Positions 57,701-64,000 of a stretch of DNA of 64,000 bases are shown here, one piece after another. Origin of the DNA: Patescibacteria group bacterium (GTDB lineage Bacteria; Patescibacteriota; Patescibacteriia; UBA2591; JAQWAS01); contig JAQWAS010000004.1 in NCBI GenBank assembly GCA_028707495.1, positions 3,157 through 67,156 on the forward strand, given 5' to 3'. Both the position numbers and the translations under genes were made by a program. The notes under the pieces were generated by a model. The model made no database searches, was not told where the DNA came from, and saw only the letters and a program-made list of their open reading frames with translations. Each line of letters opens with the position of its first letter. Positions within the stretch are counted from its first letter, which is position 1.

Positions 57701-60203
57701 TGTCATAATCATAACAATTATAATAATCCGGCGCTTTTTTTAAATAAACATTTCCACCACCACCATACTCTTTATATGCTGTAGCAGTCGAACCCACTTC
57801 CAGTTGAATATTGTCGTACCAAATATTACTGGTATTTAATTTAACAAAAGGACCAGGATGAAAACTTAACATTATACTGTCATTAAAAAAATAAGAAACA
57901 GTCAAAGAAACCTCCTGATAAGTACCTGCCGTTAAATTAGCATTTAAATTAATTACTTGATTGGTTGTCCCTATATCTGTATTTATATTAGCTGATTTAT
58001 CAACTACCGTCATAACGTCATTTTTTTGAGATGGAACTAAGCTAAAAGAAATAATATCCACGCTATTTATGTCTGCCTCTGGTTTTACCCAAGCTGATAA
58101 TGTATAAGTTTGTTTAATTTGATCATAAAAAATGTTTGGCAGATTAATTGTGTATCCACCCTTAACGGCTATATTACCTGAAATACTTTCAGCACCAGTA
58201 TTATTAAAATTTGTAATTTCTTGTATATTATTTAAAATAGGTTTACCGTCATCATTGGTAATTTCAAAACTACCATTCGGTACAAAATTAACACCTGATT
58301 GTAACGAAATAAATTGGGTGCAACCATCATTTTGACTATCACACTCTTCAACCTGTTTATTTAAATACACTCGATCATAACTGGCGTCATCACCACAAGT
58401 TAACATGTCGTCCCCCTCCCAGTTAGCGCTATCATCTTGACAAGTACTATACCACCGACAGCCTACATTTGAAGCGTTACAACCATCAAAATCTAAAGTA
58501 CTTTCTAAATAATTAAAACTGGCACCATCTGATGAACGCGTGTAGGCCGTACAAGTATCATAATATTCTGGACAAGCATCAGCTTGTGGAAAAGCCCAGG
58601 TATTTTTTTCTTTAGTACATTGCCCCCAAGCTAAACATCCCCCCATACCATCTTCTTGTAAACAATCTTCCGTTTTAGCACAATATTCTTCACGCTCAGC
58701 TGTACCAGATAAAGGCGTAGCTCCGTAGCCCTGAGCAACACATTGCATTAGTGGTGCTTTTAATACCCAGTTTGGATCAACAAGATGATAAAATACGCTT
58801 TCTGAATTATTAAAATTATTAACAATAGTATTTAAGCTTGATTTAGCCCCAGCTTCGCCTTCGTTAATTAAAGCAGCGGCAATCTCTAAACCTAGGGGGA
58901 CCACCCTATATTGACGTAGTTTTTTTATATTCGTTAAAGAATAACGTCTATTATAATCTTGTGTTGAATCTTTAATTGTTGGATCGCTCACCAACCAAGA
59001 GCCATTTAAATAATTTTTTTCTAAAGCTTCTTGAATGGTTACTCCTTCACGAATAGCTGCTGCAAAACGACTATCTATAACACAATTATTTGGACCAGCA
59101 TATTTCGCTTCCGGACAGGCGGTAAATTCAGTTAAAATATCTACTTCTCCTGAAGTACTTGTAATCGGAGGAGTCATAATACTAGACAAAACTTCACTTG
59201 CCTGCTCTCTGCCTGGACGACTCCTAACTTCTCCCCAACTCTCTGAATCTTCTTCCTTATTATTTAAAAGACCTATCAATCCTTTGTTAAATCGTTGTGT
59301 TAGCCTCGCAGCTAAAGTATTTGCAAAGGTTGTTACAAAAAGATTTAATGGACTTTTAAATTCTCCCGCCATTTCAATCTGTTTATCCCACCAAGTTTTA
59401 CCAGTATCAGATAATTGTCCAACATCTTCCCCCGTCATTTGTGTTGGTTTAATTAATTTACCACTAATGGGGTCTTTTCTAGTTTTTAATCCAGCTTCTT
59501 CATAAGCTCTATTTAATTTAGCTATTTCTTGTTGTTTTTGCTCTTCTTCTGATAATTCATCCCATAAGCTCAAAAATGTTCCAACATCATTTTGCTGAGG
59601 ATCAAATTGCAGACTAAAATAATCTAAAAATTGATTTGATTCTAATTCTGCGGCAAATTTCTTCCAGTTGCCCTCAATTTCTCGCCATTCACATTTAGGT
59701 TTGGCTTGTGTTGGCTCAGTAAACTTAACCAAACCAATAACTAAATCAAACTTTTTTTGTTGAATTCTAGGCTCGCACAAATTAAAGCCTAAATACTCTT
59801 CAAAAGATTCTGATATTCCTCCAATGAATTCGCCAGCAGCCGCTTCTCCCGCATCTTGCATATAATCACCCCACGGCTTATGATAAAATAATGGCTTTCC
59901 TCCCTCACCGCCACTAGCCAAATCTACAGCCAAATCATGAGCCATTTTTTGGGTGTACATCTGAATAGAACTATTAATAGTTTGCAAAACAGCAACGTTC
60001 TTAACCGCTTCCCAAGCTTTTTCGCCTAGTGTCTTTGCCCATTCTCCAATCATTTCAATCAAATTAGCTGGATCAAATGTTATACCAAAAACTGCTTGAG
60101 CTGGTTGCGGATATAAAAAAATCGGCAAAACTAATTGACTAGCAAAAACAAATAAAACTAGAGTATAAATTATTTTTTTAAATTTTTCAGATAGCTTAAA
60201 CAT
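51759..60203 (-). CDS. Giant secreted/anchored Cys-rich surface protein (2814 aa)
   Basis: N-terminal hydrophobic anchor (IIYTLVLFVFASQLVLPIFLYPQPAQA), a roughly 350-aa helical N-domain, then about 2400 aa extremely rich in Cys, Gly, Asp, Asn, Trp and Tyr with dozens of CxxC/CxC spacings and no catalytic motif. Confidence 0.6.
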   Translation of the reverse strand: MFKLSEKFKKIIYTLVLFVFASQLVLPIFLYPQPAQAVFGITFDPANLIEMIGEWAKTLGEKAWEAVKNVAVLQTINSSIQMYTQKMAHDLAVDLASGGEGGKPLFYHKPWGDYMQDAGEAAAGEFIGGISESFEEYLGFNLCEPRIQQKKFDLVIGLVKFTEPTQAKPKCEWREIEGNWKKFAAELESNQFLDYFSLQFDPQQNDVGTFLSLWDELSEEEQKQQEIAKLNRAYEEAGLKTRKDPISGKLIKPTQMTGEDVGQLSDTGKTWWDKQIEMAGEFKSPLNLFVTTFANTLAARLTQRFNKGLIGLLNNKEEDSESWGEVRSRPGREQASEVLSSIMTPPITSTSGEVDILTEFTACPEAKYAGPNNCVIDSRFAAAIREGVTIQEALEKNYLNGSWLVSDPTIKDSTQDYNRRYSLTNIKKLRQYRVVPLGLEIAAALINEGEAGAKSSLNTIVNNFNNSESVFYHLVDPNWVLKAPLMQCVAQGYGATPLSGTAEREEYCAKTEDCLQEDGMGGCLAWGQCTKEKNTWAFPQADACPEYYDTCTAYTRSSDGASFNYLESTLDFDGCNASNVGCRWYSTCQDDSANWEGDDMLTCGDDASYDRVYLNKQVEECDSQNDGCTQFISLQSGVNFVPNGSFEITNDDGKPILNNIQEITNFNNTGAESISGNIAVKGGYTINLPNIFYDQIKQTYTLSAWVKPEADINSVDIISFSLVPSQKNDVMTVVDKSANINTDIGTTNQVINLNANLTAGTYQEVSLTVSYFFNDSIMLSFHPGPFVKLNTSNIWYDNIQLEVGSTATAYKEYGGGGNVYLKKAPDYYNCYDYDKDNDSPYCSNYIASCSARDIGCEEYTPENNDPALTAIVSEDDMCLPECNGFQTYKQVPLEWDSHNVTDGFIDMIAESGQTCAANQVGCAEYTNLDDIATGGEGLEYYSAVRNCQKPSNNLCQTYYTWEGDDRLGYQLKPHNLISNYGVEPCTELQGAWEPAAAQCGMADSCTYGDDPDCLEYYDENGNIYHTDRNKVITCSNECYPYRKTLTDVTGDEVLNNEDCPVGHWYNGECLFNLMANESVMCTTNNVGCREYKGNFSNNIKEIFSDDFENGMISPTDWLCLGGNCVLSNENLEIGGHSINITNNSRRFISPPEINKSYILSFWAKGLGTVNAQLSDGSNSSEVYTATLIGDWGYYKFGPIFIDQTWSDSSSVVFGATGSFNYFLDKIILTEVNENIFLIQNSWDDPSVCDGELGCQAYRDSSNQEYYLKSFSSLCSSEVVGCQIFINTQNSISPYAQTFNKNNDNPLDGESLIDNITITSDAFLPLIYNEGYECSYENKGCQRLGLPDQNMEGYSWSERYLINDPEKYQSTPQKPISGAILCDATHDGCEEFVDSQGGSNYFIDPDPFICEYRHGVENKWFIKGTDNLCNNTGYIENWDNGTNSTYSGYAGECKTDMNQCTLFADTYAHGDNLIADADFETVDDWNVTAWNTSSGVIPTTSPTTLWSGNKPYLNTTQGTNNSSVIMPGNPWNNYGPCCGATQIKPAEVYQFIDVAPNQVYKFTALVKALHEEDIAKILIGPAGYSGSVNENPGMRLESVYGFESIIRSIDKRGNGEWPDQGLALEVKISDLGDIDNWYQISGAFKTGDEVNKISIRLQGTTKSISGSWSGGGGVTASLFKKLWSKIFKSVQAQVVLPPSSCDSSGIKQCQAGFNATTLFDNLELKVIDAYYYLDNEQLDTTSCNGQVSLKEGCVLLNNTNQSNLKYNAVRTYISSDEEDGKSMAPTSCGESSGGGCDGEIGGTGGTDNFIYGYDDTNTILKVRRDRQCSEWLYCTDTDYEWDNIEGQWKAKCINYGRCNQIGDTEDPLGTCPGSGMVHVETHINEPCLSDFDCGINEACLGLDRSEDWDDKYRYRRNVCSTDYGLTSSCPGGSYVGAGTCVAVTRAVEAYQQRDISWQGEDYSGWSINNLEPIEFLTTQKYGTGAPDDPEFYARTYIYKEDLQGCSEGDTSSSCPGKCYGDECWIDYGLSNDFCINDSDCILSQTCDLTINHCRCASDDQCPDNQICGDGACVVKASTRLYAEKDSPFAAGMDEQAYTTQGRPYYPEANVCDDDSGEECQLKYRKVKYGSEVRYYNINTSGCIGDVNDDPTGETCIPEGICVSVDTGYQIGNRCKTDSDCGSEMGSCALKQRDDLYYSWGGYCLETDPSQHEDINACMSWDPVDETLGEVSIFNLQPEAAYFADQPWYCVEEMEDAPVINIDKNNSTEFFSGPSKQGSCSGCGDNMCDKSPVCGQWCCAPITHFVGGYYEVADNKDCSGDSWSEWSFGNWLGNSLFRDQIEKIYIEVYSPDGDFSLEDTTGENNCEHSGCGNDDNNDGMGCPDCPNYLNVSIQISSGDDEIYIGGDISEGDKYPKCSACDDGGKIGFWVRWNDDDSLKSIGIRAEDYGGSLAFLIENIKIHLKQGCKTVVDVTENSTNFPTLTQAWTNRVNNWQNISRMQNYDTAIGFSSIDDKDLNSNCKPWGAIGSSSNILDTYITDNSGLGVCVDYAGAMYAIYSSSWRDGITYISSGLDRVFASANGVYEFNIDDFEYNLLTTTHAWSPPSTLCPFSTRDAGTATTYCGIPPQVKGVETSNNFDVISPTDKYIDGSPVIKNGERAEIRFYAKADDNQMPIRRIVVDAGDESNAWEKDNVLLKNRWDDCNNTSFGTSEAGCMNDAYFAMTHVYAYKNDLPSCDFRIDREDNCEKDMVIDGINQTVNIYKPRIQVQDNWGWCTGSCHTNGGQSGCFKSEFLDECNTASNESWVNFDKQIIVIQ

Positions 60204-60226
60204 ATTTTAAAATTATATTTATTTTA

Positions 60227-61009
60227 TTAATTGGCTTCTTGTCTTAAAGACTCTAAAACTGTAGCTTTTAAAGTTTCATCGTCCATTGAATCTAAAACTT
60301 CAGGGTCAAAACCTTCTGAAATCATTAAACTTCTCAACTCGCTAGCAGACATCTTTTCAAAATAATCTAACATTGATTGCTGATCAGAATTTTCAACCTG
60401 GGTTTGATTTAAAACCTCCAAATCTAAACCACCAGTCTCTTCTATGGTTTCTTGATAAACTTCAAACAATGTTTGATCATCGGTCTGATTTAAAACATCT
60501 TGTGGAACACCAGCTTGCAATAATAATTCGCGCAACTCTTGACTCTCGAGATCACTCGTTGAAAATGTATCTAAATTATTAATATTTTCGATTGGTTGAT
60601 TATTGTTGGTATTTTCATTAACAACACCACAATCCTGACCCGGCGCACAATTAGGATTTTCGCCGGTAGTTATTTCTTCTTGATCGGACTTACCATCACT
60701 ATCTGAATCAACTAAATATGGACTAGTTTTGTAAATATATAATTCCTCAAAATCAGTTAGACCGTCTTGATCGGTATCTTTATTTTGTAAACCTATTAAT
60801 TCTTCATCTGAAACTACCATTTCACTGTCTTCTTGAGATTTTTCAATTAAATCTTTTTGCCAATCAGTAAAAGATGATCTAAGGTTTGATCGAAAAGAAA
60901 AAAAAGCAATAATAATGATAAAAAAAGTTAAGCCAATTAACCCCCAAAAACTAGCTTTCTCTCCTTGTGGAGTATTAAACCAAGACAACCTTTTTTCGTA
61001 ATTATTCAC
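60227..61009 (-). CDS. Membrane-anchored acidic protein with two DxDxDG Ca-binding (TSP3/dockerin-like) loops
   Basis: N-terminal TM (FWGLIGLTFFIIIIAFFSF), then DTDQDGLTDFEELYIYKTSPYLVDSDSDGKSDQEEI (two Asp-rich loops about 22 aa apart), then an acidic helical tail with a repeated VL(N/D)QTD motif. Confidence 0.45.
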   Translation of the reverse strand: MNNYEKRLSWFNTPQGEKASFWGLIGLTFFIIIIAFFSFRSNLRSSFTDWQKDLIEKSQEDSEMVVSDEELIGLQNKDTDQDGLTDFEELYIYKTSPYLVDSDSDGKSDQEEITTGENPNCAPGQDCGVVNENTNNNQPIENINNLDTFSTSDLESQELRELLLQAGVPQDVLNQTDDQTLFEVYQETIEETGGLDLEVLNQTQVENSDQQSMLDYFEKMSASELRSLMISEGFDPEVLDSMDDETLKATVLESLRQEAN

Positions 61010-61076
61010 ACAATTAAAATTAGATTAAGATACCTATTATTATAACACTTGATAAAAATTCCGCCAAGAGAAAAAA

Positions 61077-61910
61077 TCAAAATATAATTTTAACCAAATT
61101 GAACCAATCTTCTGATCTTAACTCTTGTGCCCGAATATTTAAATTTAAATTTAATTTTTTAAAAATTAAATCTAATTCTTGATTGGACATTTTTAATCCA
61201 TTTTTAAGGTTGTTGCTGAGTTTTTTTCTTTTAGCACTAAAACCAACTTTAATTAATTTAAAAAATTCATCTTCGATTTGATATTTAATATCTGATTTTA
61301 AAGTTAATTTTAAAATAGCTGAATCAACTCTAGGCTGTGGCCAAAATTTAGTTGCCTCGACTTTAGTAATAATTTTAGGCTGCCAATAAAATTGAATAGC
61401 TAAACTCAATAAACTCATCTGCGGTGGCTGACCAACAATACGTTCAGCAACTTCCTTTTGAACTAAAAAAACCATTGTTTCTGGCAGTGGTTTTTGTGAG
61501 CTTAATTGACGTAAAACTTGTGAAGTAATTTGATATGGTAAGTTGGCAACAACTTTATTAATTTTATGTTGATCTAAAAAATTTTTATTTTTAAATAATT
61601 TTAATATATCATTTTCGATCAATTCTATATTTTTAAATTGCGGTAAAATCTTGTCTATTAAAAAACAGCTCAACTTTTTATCTAATTCCACACTCGTAAC
61701 TTGTTGCGTTTTAAGGGCTAATTCTTGGGTCAAAATGCCCAAACCTGGACCAATCTCTAAAACCCTATCAGTTTTTTTTAAATCTGCTGATGCAACTATT
61801 TGATTTAAAACTTTTTCACTAATCAAAAAATTCTGACCTTTATTTTTTTTGGGTAAGACTTGATATTCTTTCAAAATTGACTTAACTTCTTTGGGCGAAG
61901 TTAACTGCAT
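61077..61910 (-). CDS. rsmA: 16S rRNA (adenine1518/1519-N6)-dimethyltransferase
   Basis: GQNFLISEKVLNQIVASADLKKTDRVLEIGPGLGILTQEL (SAM-binding motif I) and the KsgA C-terminal region. 2-nt gap to leuS. Confidence 0.85.
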   Translation of the reverse strand: MQLTSPKEVKSILKEYQVLPKKNKGQNFLISEKVLNQIVASADLKKTDRVLEIGPGLGILTQELALKTQQVTSVELDKKLSCFLIDKILPQFKNIELIENDILKLFKNKNFLDQHKINKVVANLPYQITSQVLRQLSSQKPLPETMVFLVQKEVAERIVGQPPQMSLLSLAIQFYWQPKIITKVEATKFWPQPRVDSAILKLTLKSDIKYQIEDEFFKLIKVGFSAKRKKLSNNLKNGLKMSNQELDLIFKKLNLNLNIRAQELRSEDWFNLVKIIF

Positions 61911-61911
61911 T

Positions 61912-64000
61912 TTAGATAACTAAATTAATTAAACGACCTGGCACAAAAATGACTTTTTTAATTTCTTTGTTTTCTAAATATTTAATGATTTTTTCTTGTT
62001 GTTTAACTAATTCTAAAGCTTCATCTTGTTTTATTTCTACACCAACAATAATAGTATCGCGCACCTTACCATTAATTTGAATAACTAAATCAAAGGTTTT
62101 GTCAATTACTAAATTTTCTTGATAGTCGGGCCAAGTCTGTTCAAAAATACTTCCAATGTTGCCTAATCTATGCCACAATTCTTCGGCTGTATGAGGTGCC
62201 ATTGGGGCAATCATTTTAATTAAATCGCTTAAATAAGAAATGTGTATAACCTGATTATTATTTTTAAATTCATTTAAATTATTTACGTATTCCATTAAAG
62301 CTGCTACCGCTGTATTAAATTTAAAATCATCTAAATCTTGACCAACACGCTTAATGGTTTTATGCTTGAATTTTTCTAATTCTGGCTCAATTTCAACTTG
62401 AGATTGATTATTTAAAATGTAATTAGCTAATTGCCAAATTTTTTCTAAAAACCGATAAATACCAATGACACTTTCATCGCTCCATTCTACATCTTGTTCG
62501 GCTGGTCCCATAAATAATTCATAGATTCTTAAAGTATCCACACCATATTTTTGAATAATTTCATCGGGGTTGACTACATTACCCTTAGACTTACTCATCT
62601 TACTGCCTTGATAATAAATCATTCCCTGATTAAATAATTTATTAAAGGGCTCTTCAAATTCAATCAAGCCAACATCAAACATAAATTTGGTAAAAAATCG
62701 AGCATATAATAAATGTAAAACTGCATGTTCAACGCCGCCAATATATAGATCGACTGGCAACCAATATTTAACTTTCTTTTTGTCAAAAATTTCTGTTTCA
62801 TTTTTAGAATCAGCATAACGACAAAAATACCATGACGAACACACCCATTGAGAAATTGTATCTGTTTCGCGATGTGCTGGACCACCACATTTGGGACAAG
62901 TAGTTTGAGCAAAGTTTTCCGTTCTAGCTAGGGGTGACCGACCAGTATCAGTTGGACGAAAATCTTTAATTTCTGGTAATAATAAAGGTAAATCCTTTTC
63001 TGGCACAGGCACCTCGCCACATTTATCACAATAAACAATTGGAATGGGTGCGCCCCAATAACGTTGTCTAGAGATTAACCAATCACGCAATTTGTATTTT
63101 TTAGTGCCATAACCCAGCCCCTGTTCTTCCAACCAAGCAGTAATTTTTTCTCTCGCCTCAACTGAAGTTAAATTTGTAAATTCACCTGAACCAACCAAAA
63201 CACCATCTTCAATAAAAGCTTTATTTTTTTGTTCTTTTAAACCTTCAGGCACAATAACTTCTATAATTTCTAAACCATATTTTTCGGCAAATTCGTAATC
63301 GCGGTCGTCATGCGCTGGCACCGCCATAATCGCACCCGAAGCATAATCTGGTAAAACATAATCCGCCACCCAAATTGGCACCTGTTTGTTATTGACCGGA
63401 TTAATAGCATATGATCCAGTAAAAACACCCGTCTTCTCACGTTCTTGAGATAATCGCTCTCTTTGGGCTAACCTTGAACTTTGCTGAATATATTCTTCAA
63501 CTATATTTTTTTGTTCTGATGTGGTTAAATAATTTACCAACGGATGCTCTGGCGCCAAAACTACATAAGTAATGCCAAAAATCGTATCAATCCGCGTGGT
63601 ATATATTTTAATTTTAACTTCATCATCTGGGCTAATTGCACCAGCTAATTTGTAGTCTAAACCAGTTAATTCTTCGACTTTCTTTTTTTCTTTACCATCA
63701 AACATTACTTCCATAACAAATTCGGTCCCATAACTTTGACCGATCCAATTTTTCTGCATGGTCTTAACTTTATCTGGCCAATTTAAATATTGTAAATCGT
63801 TCAATAACCGATCGGCGTAATCAGTAATTTTTAAAAACCATTGAGTTAATTTCTTTTTAGTCACCTCGCTACCACAGCGCTCACACTTACCAGCGACAAC
63901 CTCTTCGTTAGCTAAACTCGCTTTACAGCCGGTACACCAATTAATAAAAGCTTCTTTGTGATAAGCTAAGCCCTTTTTATATAATTGTAAAAATAACCAC
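61912..64000 (-). CDS. leuS: Leucyl-tRNA synthetase (5' end beyond the window)
   Basis: KMSKSKGN motif, leucyl-specific and anticodon-binding regions. The reading frame stays open upstream of the track's GTG at 63864 (…LYKKGLAYHKEAFINWCTGCKASLANEEVVAGKCERCGSEV…, a CP1/Zn region typical of LeuRS) to the window edge. Confidence 0.85.
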   Translation of the reverse strand, partial: WLFLQLYKKGLAYHKEAFINWCTGCKASLANEEVVAGKCERCGSEVTKKKLTQWFLKITDYADRLLNDLQYLNWPDKVKTMQKNWIGQSYGTEFVMEVMFDGKEKKKVEELTGLDYKLAGAISPDDEVKIKIYTTRIDTIFGITYVVLAPEHPLVNYLTTSEQKNIVEEYIQQSSRLAQRERLSQEREKTGVFTGSYAINPVNNKQVPIWVADYVLPDYASGAIMAVPAHDDRDYEFAEKYGLEIIEVIVPEGLKEQKNKAFIEDGVLVGSGEFTNLTSVEAREKITAWLEEQGLGYGTKKYKLRDWLISRQRYWGAPIPIVYCDKCGEVPVPEKDLPLLLPEIKDFRPTDTGRSPLARTENFAQTTCPKCGGPAHRETDTISQWVCSSWYFCRYADSKNETEIFDKKKVKYWLPVDLYIGGVEHAVLHLLYARFFTKFMFDVGLIEFEEPFNKLFNQGMIYYQGSKMSKSKGNVVNPDEIIQKYGVDTLRIYELFMGPAEQDVEWSDESVIGIYRFLEKIWQLANYILNNQSQVEIEPELEKFKHKTIKRVGQDLDDFKFNTAVAALMEYVNNLNEFKNNNQVIHISYLSDLIKMIAPMAPHTAEELWHRLGNIGSIFEQTWPDYQENLVIDKTFDLVIQINGKVRDTIIVGVEIKQDEALELVKQQEKIIKYLENKEIKKVIFVPGRLINLVI

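Overview
This is an AT-rich (about 30% GC) window that looks like a small-genome, episymbiont-type bacterium (CPR/Patescibacteria-like). Native genes lack Shine-Dalgarno sequences, most genes sit on the minus strand, and the window carries giant Cys-rich surface proteins and type IV pilin genes. Recognisable housekeeping genes on the minus strand are pheST, a UvrD-like helicase fused to a Cas4/RecB-like nuclease, tatD, cvpA-like, rsmI, an AI-2E transporter, an M16 peptidase, dimeric glyRS, tgt, recO, ileS, a GT4 glycosyltransferase, lgt, gatCA, ligA, rsmA and leuS (which runs off the window end). On the plus strand are smpB, a tmRNA gene, infC-rpmI-rplT and tRNA-Asp. From 37.6 to 61 kb there is a cell-surface locus: two paralogous secreted repeat proteins, a Cys-rich secreted protein, a PilX-like protein, two short pilins, a 1181-aa giant pilin (class III signal plus DUF2341-like and LamG-like domains), a prepilin peptidase, a 2814-aa Cys-rich giant protein and a membrane-anchored acidic protein with DxDxDG motifs. 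Eight things look worth a second look. (1) A short palindromic repeat family at three intergenic sites, with a 27-nt segment that sits in different hairpin loops and in opposite orientation in different copies. (2) A perfect DnaA-box 9-mer, TTATCCACA, placed just upstream of the -35 hexamer at four predicted promoters. (3) Two tandem paralogous, extremely acidic mini-proteins. (4) A phage DUF3310 gene broken by a C9 homopolymer, next to a holin-like gene. (5) Three to four GC-richer single-gene inserts that, unlike the native genes, have strong AGGAGG ribosome-binding sites and GC-clamp terminators. (6) A promoter-to-terminator RNA locus between gatC and ligA carrying an atypical tRNA (GCU anticodon, short variable arm), a degenerate tRNA-like element and a structured tail. 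(7) A 24-nt direct repeat that duplicates the start of the glycosyltransferase gene around a 45-bp imperfect palindrome. (8) Nested SD/anti-SD palindromes at the window start. Coordinates I derived by hand (RNAs, motifs) may be off by a few nucleotides; CDS coordinates follow the supplied ORF track.
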